This document shows, piece after piece, positions 12,655 through 30,846 of a stretch of DNA of 64,000 bases (positions are counted from its first letter, which is position 1; the number at the start of each line of letters is the position of its first letter). A program made the translations under genes and the position numbers. This stretch comes from Auanema rhodensis. Its lineage: Eukaryota > Animalia > Nematoda. The stretch lies in assembly GCA_964057225.1 (NCBI GenBank), contig OZ059898.1:6820001-6884000 (forward strand). Direction: 5' to 3'. The notes under the pieces were generated by a model that was not told the DNA's origin, ran no database searches, and saw only the letters and a program-made list of their open reading frames with translations.

Positions 12655-15600
12655 TTATGCACCGTTATTTGTTAATCGTAAGAAAGTTTCTTCAAGAGTT
12701 GATTGAGCTAAACAAAAATCTTTTGCATTAACTGAATCAGCTAGCTCTTGACATTTTTTGAAAATAATAGACCATTTGTCGTTAGGCCCGCGAGGAATCT
12801 TAAAGCGTTCTTATTTCTAGAGGGAAAGCAGAAGTTTAAAACATACCTGCCACTTCATCGTGAGTGAAGCACTCTCAGCATGAGTTTTCAACGTGGAATT
12901 TGGGAATGTCTCAGTCATAGTCTTGGTAATATCCTTCTTTGAATCGGAACTTGAAGCAACAACTGTTAAAGTATAATTGTTACCATACCTAAATAATAAA
13001 AAAGTTAAAATTATTTCTGAAAAGCTAATATACTTTGATTTTAAGTGTTGGTTTGTTCCAATGGCAATCATTTTTCCTTGTCGTAGTACAGCAATTCTAT
13101 TACATAAAGCTTCACATTCATCCATACTATGTGATGTTAACACCATTGCAGATTCTTTAAGGTTACGAACAAGAGAAAGGACTTCCCAAATATCTCGGCG
13201 TGCCTTGAAAAATAATTTAGAGAAGATATTAGGCAATTAATAATACCTTTGGATCAATTCCAGCAGTTGGTTCATCTAATATGACCATTCTTGTAGATGC
13301 CATCAAAGCTAGTCCAATACTTAACTTTCTTCGTTGCCCCCCACTAAAGCAATTTTTAATAAGAAACAATGTAAAAAGACTTTACCTGTAAAATCTGGCA
13401 AGTTTATCTCCGTGTCTGTCTAAATCAACAGCCTTAAGAACAACCGCAGCTTTTCTAGATGGATTACTGAATCCATAAAGACGTGCAAGAATCTGAAGAA
13501 AAGTATTAATTATCTATTAATCGAATAAATTCATACTTTTAAAGTTTCACGGCCTGTTAGATCCATTAATACAGCATCGAATTGGGGACAATAACCAATA
13601 GCCTTAAATGACAACTCGATTACGGTAACAACATTATTGACAAACTATTTGCTCGAAAACATGTCTATTATCCATTTTTGCTGTTCCCGATGATGGAAAT
13701 GAGATCCCAGTGAGAATGTCAAAAGTAGTTGTTTTACCAGCTCCATTCACACCTAGTAACCCAAAGCATTCTCCATTAGAAACACCAAGAGTTAAACGAT
13801 CGAGAGCCAAAAATTTTCCATAGTATTTCGTCAAATCCTGAATAGGGTGTGAAAAACTTTTGTCAATGCTGAATTTAAAAAACCTGAACTTCCATTGCTA
13901 AATCGTCCTGTCTACCAGTAAAGCTTAACCTATTACGCTCACGTATTACATCTTCGTCTTCCTCTTCTCTTTCCTGGAAAAACAATGTTTATTCTGAAAA
14001 AAAAAATGCTAGTGTTTACTTCATGAACGCGATTAAAGCCAGCACGAATCTCCCATAGTCGGAAAAAGTAGAGCCGAATGTGTTTAAATTGAAATGAGAG
14101 AAAAATCATGGAAGCAAATAAACCAAAGAAGAGCATAAAAACATAATTTCGTCCTAAAGCTTATTGTAATAATTAAATAGTTAATAACATTACAAACCTA
14201 AATACTCCCATTGCCATGCTACAGCCGGATCTTCACGCTTAGCAGACAAAGCTCCCAGTGTCATGAATCCATTACCCAATCCAAAGGAAGGCAATAAAAA
14301 CAATAATAGGGACTAGAGAAAAGAAATAAACATTCAAATATACATAATGTTAACTTACTTTCACAAAATCTGTTACATCAGCTCCGAACGGATTATTTGG
14401 AATTAATGGTAATAGATATACTATCAACAAAGCTGAAAAGATAACTTAGAAAAAACTAAAAAACAATATTTTACCTGATAAAGTTGCTAATACTTGCCAA
14501 ATTATAAGTAAAATATTTGCTTTGGAAGGTGAAGATATTATAAACGATACTGTATATACAAAAGGAACACAAGACCAGAAGTAAAGTGCCCACATTATGA
14601 TTACACTGAGAAAATGTTTTTTTACTTGAAAATAAATCGGAAACTTACTGTATGAGATATTTTTCAAACCATCCATATACTATAAACATGCAAGTGAAAA
14701 TGAAACAAATGATTGTGTATAGAACAGTATCATATAGGAATGAGAAGCCCCAGAACGCTGCAGGTGAGATACCTGTCAAACTCTGTTGGTGAGCAAACTT
14801 GCTCACACGCTCTTCTACAAGGAACATAACAACAGATGATGTTATAAGAGACAAGGCAAGAACAAGTACTGGAGCAAGAAGTATATCTTCTCCATCACCT
14901 AAAGATGGGGTTGAAGAACTTCTCCAGTAATTCTGCACAGAAACTCCAATTGATCCTTAAAATCAAATATATACTCAATTTAAAAATCAATTAATACCTT
15001 GTCCATTCGTGACATTGTTTAATAGAGCGTTATGAAGAAGATTCAAAGATGAAACAATCGCATGCGGGTGCTTAGCATTGAAAAATACCTAAACATGTGC
15101 TTGAGTTTGAAAAACATGCTGCTGCTACTATAATTTACCGTATCAACATCTTGTGATATCTCAGCACCCAAGGCAACCGGCGGTATTTCCTTTGGAAGAC
15201 TTAATAATGCTGCTGTTAAATTTTTTGATGGTAATCCGATCAGAGTAAATTCCGAAACATTGTTCACAATATTTTTATAATGTTGAATCATGTTTGGATT
15301 GCCTGATTCGGAAATAGCTATTCGAGCAGGTCCAATGGTGTCATATGTCACATCTCGTTCTAAAGTTATGTTTTTAGATGTTTTCCTTAGTATAAAAAAA
15401 ACCTGTGAAGCTTGAATCAAATTTACGAGTGGTTAAAAATCTAGTTCCTAATAGAATCAGAATAGGAAGCAAAAACTGAAACTCTTTCTTTTTTTCAAAA
15501 GTTACCCATTCTAACTTACTTGAACAATCATTTGTAACCAATGTCTATAGGAATAGAGAAGCCTTTTGGTTATAATGGCGAATAACTGATTCAAAATCAA

Positions 15601-18600
15601 AGGAAAACCTCGTTTACGCTCATCTGAATTATGAATATAAATATTTTTCTTTTTTCTATGTAAAATGAACCTCTTTGACTTTCGATCAAGCGCTCATATA
15701 GTTGCCTAACGCTTTCATCATTAGAACTACTCTCTGTCTCTTCACCGACTTTTAAGAAAACCTAAAAATAAACATTAAGAAGAGTAAATTAATATTTTTT
15801 ACTTGTTCAAGAGTTGTTAATGATAAGCCAAAACTGCCGACTCCCCATTTTGTTTGGTTATCCTCCAACTTCTCAAAGAAAGAAGGGAAGCTAAATGAGA
15901 ATAAAATTATAAAAGTTATCGTTTATACTACTCACTTCTTTTGATTATCAAGCGGCAAAGTGAACTCTAATTGACTACCATGAACTTGTTCGGCTTTAGC
16001 GTTGAAAATATTACATTTTTGAGCAGCTTCCAGAATCTTTCGCTTTGTATTATCAATTTTAGATACATCTTCCACAACTACAGTCATAACATATCCAACT
16101 CCATACCTGCAAAAGGTATAATATATCTAAAGAAATTATAAAAAAATTACTTTTTCGTTAAGAATTCTGGAGATCCACTACATACGACTTTTCCTTTATT
16201 CATTATGAAAACACGATCCCCTAATACTTCGGCCTCGTCCATATAATGAGTTGTTAACAAAACTGATCTGAAAAAAAGTTATTTAAGGACTATTACTCCA
16301 CCAGATTTGTGTACAACTCACTTGTCCTTCTTAATTTTCTGCAAAATATTTTCTACATCTCTACGTGCCCCTGGATCCATTCCAGCAGTCGGTTCGTCCA
16401 ACAAGATAACTTCACTTCCACCAATTAACGCCATACATACACAAAGTTTCCTTTTCATTCCTCCAGAAAGATTACTTGATAGCTTTAAAGCAATTTGCAG
16501 TTTATATTTTTATATTGATTAGTAAACCAACCGCATCTGCTTTCTCTGATAATTTAATATCATTCAACAGATCCTTAGCTTCTTTTTTATAGTCAGTAGA
16601 AGCTCCCTTCAATCCATGTATCAACCAAAGGTGTTCCATCACAGTCAGCTTTTGAAAAAGAGGATTCCCCTAAATATTTATTATTATATTATATTCTTAT
16701 TTGAAGTTATAGGATCATTAACATAAAAGATATCTTACTTGAGGGCATAATCCTAGGTTACGACGACATGAATGGAAATTTGCATTCTCACCACATATAG
16801 TTATATTACCAGAAGAAGGTTGAACCAGGCCACATATCATAGAAAACGTTGTACTTTTTCCGGCACCATTATGTCCCAGTAAAACAGTAACCTATATAAG
16901 AAAAGTTATTTTAAGATGATAAAAGTATCAAACTTGGCCAGCGTAAGTTTTCAGAGATAAGTGATCAACAGCAGTTTCACCAGTTTTGTAAAACGTTTTA
17001 ACTAAGTTTTCCACAGAAATTTTTTCAACTCCTTCACGGAGTAGACCTGCATCAACTTCATTGGCATCAGTGTTAGAACTGCGGTTTCCATCTATAGTAT
17101 CGGCCTAAAAAAGAAAAATGTATGAACATAATAAATCAATCCATACTGGTCTATTGGAATAAAACATAAAGCTGAAATCTCCACCAGCCAAAACTTTGTC
17201 AAAAATTAATGTCATTACTGACATCCATATTATATCAACAATAATCATCACTAATCCGTATCCAACAGTAAACCAATGATGACCACCAACAAACATGTTA
17301 TCCCAGCCAATATATTCTCCTATATTTCATATTTTAATACTGATCATTATAACATTTTATCTACCTCTGAGCAGGAATTCAGACATTCCATCAATAGTCA
17401 TTGAAAAAGCTCCATTGATATTGAGTGAAAATAGGAAACATCTAAGTATTTGACCTTTCATGGGCATCTTGAAAGCTAATCCCATAGATATTAACCAAAG
17501 AATAACAGTTACTGAATATCATATTATAGTTTAAATAAACTAGCAAACTATTACCTTTAATAGTAGAATTGCTTGTTTTAAACATAGATGACACAAAAAT
17601 ACCAAAAGAAACTACGCCGTATCCATAAGAGAGAACAGTGAACAATAACAATGATGTTGAGATTCCCTAGTTTTGTAATTTAGATATAACGGTTCCGCAT
17701 AAGTTAAGTTACCTCCATATTTTTGGCTAATGGTACAGCACAAACTAAGAAAACAATGCTACATTTCAAAAAACTGAACAATGTATGTGACAAGTAGAAC
17801 ATTGGTGTTGATAAACCCATAACGGAAAGAAAATCCTTTAAAAATGGGTTTTGAAATAAGCATTGAAAATATAAGTAACCTTGATGTCCGCTTTCTCCTG
17901 AGCAGCATCTTTAGCAGCATGTAAGACTATTAGAAAAGCTAACAATCCCCAGAGAATTGGTAAATACTTGAAAAATACATTCAAAGAATCTGAAGTATAC
18001 GATGGTTCAGGCAAACGTTGAACAAGAACATCTCGATCGAAGTTAGTCTGATTAGTAACCAGCTAAAATTACAAATTAATGATATAGAGAAGTGATATCA
18101 TACTTGAATAAAAGTCAAATCTAAACGTTGTTGGTATGTCAAGAAGCCTGATTCCCAATAAGGTGGGCTCGGGGGTATCCTACAAATAATAAAATTAGTA
18201 TAAAGAAAACTAAAACTACAAACTTGTAAAAGTTATTAGTTTGTCCATATCGATCTTCCCAATGTGAATCCAATTTCCAATTATCCATCTAAAAACACAA
18301 TATAAATGGAAAATGCTACAATAAATACATACAAGACTACTAGGCATCATTATTTTATACTTAAGTATCTTTGTATTCTTTTGAAGTTTTTCAAAATAAA
18401 TACCAGCAGCATATCTAAAATCAAAATACGATTAAAAATAAAATGGGAAAATATACTTTTTGAAGCTACAAGCTCCATCTTGAAAATCTGCTAATATCGT
18501 ATCTTGAAGAATGGAAAAACTATCCATTCGAGTAATAAACATTTTCTCATATTTTTGTTGGAAGGTTTTCATAAGTTCATCAGCAAATTCATGAGACTCA

Positions 18601-18977
18601 TCTGATCTTAAAAAATCTAGATAGAAATTCCAAATCACTATTCTCAACATACGCATATGCAATTCCAAATCCATTCTGATAACAACGAGTTGAAAATACT
18701 TTTTGTGTAAATCCTATGTTCTCTAGAGAGTCATCAAAGCTACCTCTTAATCGGGCACTCCCGAAAGAAACTTCTGGGGTAAATGATGTACTTTTATTCT
18801 GAAAATAAATACTAGATAATATGCTTCTAAATAATTGCATACCTCTAGTACAATTGCTATAATCGGAAGGGTGAACAAAACAGGCAAAATTAACTCAAAA
18901 AATGTCCATAAAATATTCCTTCGTAATAATATTGCGTTTTTGAGAAAAAGTAGCCATAATTGGCTTATTGTTCTCAT
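12655..18977 (-). CDS. ced-7: ABCA-subfamily full transporter (CED-7/ABT-like), multi-exon
   Basis: N-terminus [32 protein letters not shown] (ABCA signature). NBD1 has [17 protein letters not shown] and [11 protein letters not shown]; NBD2 has [17 protein letters not shown] and [13 protein letters not shown]. Ends [16 protein letters not shown] (12655). ABCA family is certain; ced-7 orthology versus other abt genes is not. Confidence 0.85.
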
Positions 18978-19804
18978 TTTAGAACGAGGAGTAACTGAAT
19001 ACTTACGGCTATTGATAGGCTTCGAAACCATATAAACTAACCAGTGTGTTGTTCAACTGTATTAGAAGCTGAACTACTAATACTTGATAGTTCTCTGTAT
19101 TCCCTGTTCATGAGAAGGCCTAAATATTATTGAAATACTATAAATTATTGGGAATGTATTGATATTTTCTTATCAACATTTCTTATCATGTTATTTATGA
19201 ATTTCTTATGAAAAGGAATATTCGTCATTTGTTCACAATAATATAAAACAAATGATGTTTATTGTCACAATAATTACTCACCATGTTATGACTCTTCGAC
19301 AAAAATTGATTTCAGTGAGACCCGGTTCTGAAAAAATGTGAATATTAAGCACATTCTTTAGGACTCATGAACCGGAGAACACATTTTCGATGAGATCGTC
19401 CATCTACACCAAATGAGAAGTATGGGATAGATTATACTAATAATAGAAAAAAGGATATATTAATAAAAAATTTTATTTGGGATAAAAACAGTATATGATC
19501 AAACAACAACATGCTGATCAGTCTCTTGATTCAAAGCACTAACCATAAATATTGATTACAAGAGCCACTGCCATAGGAATCTACATGCAAAAAAAATCAC
19601 AGATTAACACTGCACATCACTATCTTCTATATTATAAATTATATGAATATATATTAAAGAGATACATTAATAATTACTTAAAATTATGGGAGGAAAATAT
19701 GATTTCAGTTCCCAAGCAACAAAACAATCCTCAAATATTAGTTCAACAGTAAGGAGTGGGAGGACTCGAGAACAGAATCAAAAGATAGAAATAAATAAGT
19801 TAAT

Positions 19805-26330
<6,526 letters not shown>

Positions 26331-26465
26331 TTTCAAAGATAAACTATATATACAACCAAATAAGGTGTTAGTTTGGGCTCACTGCACTGGAAAGAAACTT
26401 CAGTTTTTTTTTAAAGTTCAGAATCAAATGAATAGAGCAAAAGAAAAAAAGAGCATATAAAGAGA

Positions 26466-26481
26466 TTGCCGCGACGCAGAG
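26466..26481 (-). promoter_or_regulatory. GC-rich promoter motif (CTCTGCGTCGCGGCAA) upstream of chc-1
   Basis: The GCGGCAA heptamer also occurs in sense orientation at a similar distance upstream of panl-3 (51958-51964). Resembles nematode housekeeping/germline promoter motifs. Confidence 0.4.
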
Positions 26482-26598
26482 ATGAATGTAACCGGTTTCG
26501 GTAAATTGAAATGGGAAAACTATATTAAAATTAGAAAAAAAAAGAAAACAATCTCTAAACTTTACATCTAAAAAGATAAGAGAATTGAGTATTGGTCA

Positions 26599-26756
26599 TC
26601 AGTAGTCTTGGACTGACCACCAGCTGCTGAAAACGTGTCCGCACAGTTCAGCCGTGTGTCATCGCAACCGCTCGCCAACCGCAGCGCCGCCATGACATGG
26701 CTGATCGCTACAAGACCTTTATAAGATATATGGACTAGTGAATGGTCAAGGACTAC
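26599..26756 (-). ncRNA. Candidate structured RNA element (long rod-like hairpin), family not recognised
   Basis: GC-rich island in AT-rich DNA with nested complementary segments: GTAGTC/GACTAC, TGAC/GTCA, CACTAGT/GCTGGTG, TCAGCC/GGCTGA, TGTCAT/ATGACA. Confidence 0.45.
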
Positions 26757-27910
26757 GCAAATAAACGCTGCTTCATCTCAATAGATGGAATGAAACAGAG
26801 TATGTCTTAAAAAAAAGAAGAAACATATTTAACATATGCACATATATAGTTCAGAGAGTTTGACAATAAGGAAACAAAGATTATAGAAGTGCAGGTTATA
26901 CCCAATTAATACTGTGCGATGAGAAGTGTAAGTCCGTTATTGACAAGATTCAAAGAACAGTTAGCGAACTTAAAAATTCAGGAATACAAAAGATGTGGCG
27001 ATCAATACTGTGATAACCGACAGAAGAAGTTTCCCCACTTAATGATTCAAGGGAGTAAGATAGAATAAATTTGAGAAAAAATTTAAATTCTCTCCTTCAT
27101 TATTTTCATGGTCTTTATATAATAACTTAGTATGATACAAATCAATAAATGAATGAGTGAAACAGTTCTAATTCATAACCATAGCATTGATAACATCAAG
27201 ATGTCCTCTATCGTGAGAACTCTTGAGAAACCGCCAGTTCACATATTTTTACTTTCATTCGAAAATATACATTATGAATCAACAACATAACGTTAAAAAA
27301 TGTTTCCTCAACGAAACCCAAAAGATTCACGATTCAAAATTCACGACTATTCTTCCTTTATTAGCAAAATAAAAAATAGCATGATTCATACGCTTACGAC
27401 TAATAATATAAAATAAGTATACATAAAACTCAACCAACTTCAAGGAAACACAACGATAATCGAACATGCGAGTTTCATCCATTTACTGTTTTCTTTCTTT
27501 TCCCATCCCACTGGTTCTTTTTTTAAATAGGATAACATTTTCATGAGAAATCTTTCTCTTCCCCTCGCACTTAAAAAAAACGTATAAACTTTCTTTGAAT
27601 TTGCTTGGATATTTCTATTAACTACAAATAATATTGTTAATGCAATATATATTTAATAATGAATTTATCTACAATGTCTTAAGAAAAGAGAGAATAGAAG
27701 ATTTCATAGCTTGATCGCTTAATTCTAAACAATCAACTAACACAATTTATGCGTTATAACCAAAAACAAAACATATTTCATCCTTTCTACAAAAAAAGTT
27801 TCACTATTATACTTCCAATCATAACTTTCTTTTAATACAATTTCCTAGTCGGATCTTCCCCCTATTTACAATGTATCAAATCTTATGCAAAACAGAATAA
27901 ACCCATGCAG

Positions 27911-27918
27911 TTCCCGCC
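27911..27918 (+). promoter_or_regulatory. E2F-like site TTCCCGCC upstream of the F-box gene
   Basis: Matches the E2F consensus about 250 nt before ATG 28165; single motif only. Confidence 0.3.
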
Positions 27919-28164
27919 AAGTTAATGAAATTGTGAAGATAAACTTTTATTGTTTTTCAAATTATAGGTCTCACCGCGAATACACTAAGATAAGGATAAC
28001 GCGGTAATAAAATGTTTTTGAACATTGATTTGATGATTTTAATTCAATCATAAAGGTATATTGATTTTTTTATTTTATCAGTTTTGTTTAAGCTTGACTT
28101 TCCTATCCTATGTATTGCAATTTGTGATCTAATGCAGCACATAAGCTAATCTTCCAAGTTACAG

Positions 28165-30846
28165 ATGGATAGGCCAGGCACTTCTTCAGACTTTCTAAAT
28201 TCGCTTCTGGGAGATATGGAAAAGTTAACGCCGTGCATTCCTTTTGAAGAATGTACAGAAACTGAATACACGGCTCAAGTAAATATACATTATGTTATTG
28301 CAAATATTTTCTGTATTTGAGGAGTCTCTATTATTATCTTTGCCTCCAAAATTATTAGATAAGATTGTGTCGAAAATTCCACTCTACGGTTAGTTGTGCT
28401 TCATCATGTCGTCACCAAAATTACATATGCAGAACGTATTCTGAATTGTGGATCGGTTTGTCGACAGCTTAGAGAAAGTGTTGCAAGAACTATTACATCT
28501 GTTGAGTTTTATAAAGATGGCTTTGATGGTTTGAGCGATAAACGTTTGAACTACTTTTTAAGTATTTACGGGAAGAGTATAACATATCTTAACTTTGATT
28601 TGTTTCGTTCTACATTTCTCCAGGTATATGAAACCTAGAGACAGGAATTTCTAAAAAAAATATTTTTTTTAGGAATGCACACAGTGGACATGGAGACAAT
28701 CTGTAATAAACACTGTGAGCTTCTGTAAAGATTTGAAAGAATTGAATATTTTGGTATGCCATAGACACCGATTGCGTGATAATGATTTGATCAGAGTGAG
28801 TGGTTACGGTATATCATAATGTACTATAATATTTTGTAGATTTTCTCCGTCGCTCCATGTTTAGAGTCTGTTAGTATCGATGCTAAGTTTTTGAACGGTC
28901 ACTGCTTTGTCGTAAGTAATAATATTACCCATTGACTCTAATTAATATGTTTCAAGACTGCTCCGAGTACCCTTAAGAAGTTGGAGTTGGAAATGTGTTA
29001 TCGTATTACTGAAACATCTCTAAAATACATATTTGGATTGAGAAAGCTCATGGTTATTTTTAGTGTATTTTCAAAAAAAAAACCAATGATTTAAGGTTCT
29101 TCATTTCTCTGAACTTCTTATTTTGAAAGATAGTATATTATATGACATGGTGACCAAATTGCAAAATTTAACTAGTGTCTCTATTATTTCTAACCAAGAA
29201 ACGATATATAGAGGTTGTTGCTCTTAAGTATTTCTCTGAACTTAACATCAATGTTCAGATTTAACCTCCTCCGGGTTAGCATTTTTGGGTCGGCTCACCC
29301 AACTCACTACGCTCTGTTTGGAAGGTATCGGTGCAGTTACTGATAAATTCCTGATGGTTTTGTTCTTCTAGCAGTTTTCTCTTTTGTTATCTATTTTTTT
29401 AAGGAAATGACTAATGAAAAAAATCCAATTTGTACAAAGTTAACCGGATTGTCTCTTGCGTTTTGTTATAATATTGGGCTGTAAGACAATTTTTTTTCAA
29501 ACAAAAAAAAAACATTAATTTTCAACGTTTCAGGTCTGGCATAAGATGTTTGAGCAAGTTGAACTCTTTACAAAATCTGAACTTAGAGGGTGTTAGCAAA
29601 CGTGATATTTCTCTTGGATTGGAAGTTGTCGCTCGAAATGGAAAGCTAGTCCGGGTATATTTCAGTTCATAAGCACAATTGATACTAAAAGTTTAGCTTC
29701 TGTTATCGGAGAAATGCAATGTTTCACCTGATGCTTTGAAGTTTATTGTGGCATTTTCGCCTAATCTCAGATTTTTGGATATCACAAATAATGAAGAAAT
29801 TATAAATTGGCATTGTGCTAAGGAGATTGTGTGTGATATCGGTGTACTGGGTATTAAGATTTGCAATTAAGGTTTTACATTGGGCACATGCTAAACGTCC
29901 TCAATTAACCATTTTAACTGATGATCATATTACTTGGAATATGGTAGTAAGACCTGCGCCTAATGCTCTTGGTGTGGTTCCCGTTAAAGTTATGCATGTA
30001 CATAGACAAGCAGTGCCAAGGTAGGCACTTGCAGGAATTTGAAAATACTTCAGTTTGTTTTTTCAGTAGTGAAGTTTTACCCGATTCTGCCTTGTCGGAT
30101 GAAAGTATTTGCCAAATCACATCTGGCCTTCTTTATCCTGAACTGAGAAAAGGAATTCGTTATAGAATACTACATGAGACTCTTGGAGGAAGTGATCATG
30201 ATGAGGTTTTCATAGTTTACTATATAATTTAAAACAATTTTCTTCTTAGCTTAAGGAGAATGGTATGTTCTGTAATTCACCTCCAGCTCCAGAAACCCCG
30301 GAGCCTCCTGTTACTATGAACATTATGAATGTTTTACATAGTAGTAGACGTCCAAAATTATCCGATCTAGGGAACAAGCTAAAGTTTTGCGACATTTTGA
30401 GACTCGAAGTATATGATATTTTCAGTGATGTTGCATTACCATCAGGTTTTAGTTATTCTCCTGTATCCACTGATGGAGATCCGACTAGCCGCGATTGGTG
30501 TACGTCTATGTTTTCTCTAGTGCTTTCTAATGTTTTGTTTTCAGCCGTTGATGTTTTATCGCTTTTATTGAATACTCACGCATTTCACGATGGTGCGCAT
30601 GTAGGACCAATGCCAGTTAAAGAAGGAATTATTTTCAAACCAGATGGAAGGGTAGGCTCCAATGCTTCAAATAATCCATTTGCCCAACGAAGTGGTGGGG
30701 CTCCTCGTCCTCCAATTGAGATACCTGCCCAGCCTGTTGTACATTATACGCGGGGTTCAAGGGCTAAAAGGCGTTCTATTCCTCCTAAACCAACCCTTGC
30801 TGCTCCAAAATTCGACGCTAGTGATTTTCCTCCACTAAGCAGTTAA
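28165..30846 (+). CDS. F-box / leucine-rich-repeat protein
   Basis: ttacag|ATG start MDRPGTSS; F-box LLSLPPKLLDKIVSKIPLYERILNCGSVCRQLR; LRRs such as LKKLELEMCYRITE, LTTLCLEGIGAVTD, LTGLSLAFCYNIG, LQNLNLEGV, LRFLDITNN; Pro-rich tail ending DFPPLSS*. Confidence 0.85.

Noticed and set aside
26590-26790. Calling the structured element RNase P/MRP, 7SK, Y/sbRNA or telomerase RNA
   Set aside because: The P4-like halves are only ~110 nt apart with no P1-P3 context; the second GAUC is GAAC; CTTGACC is at the wrong end for Y/sbRNA; no GCCTAA template.
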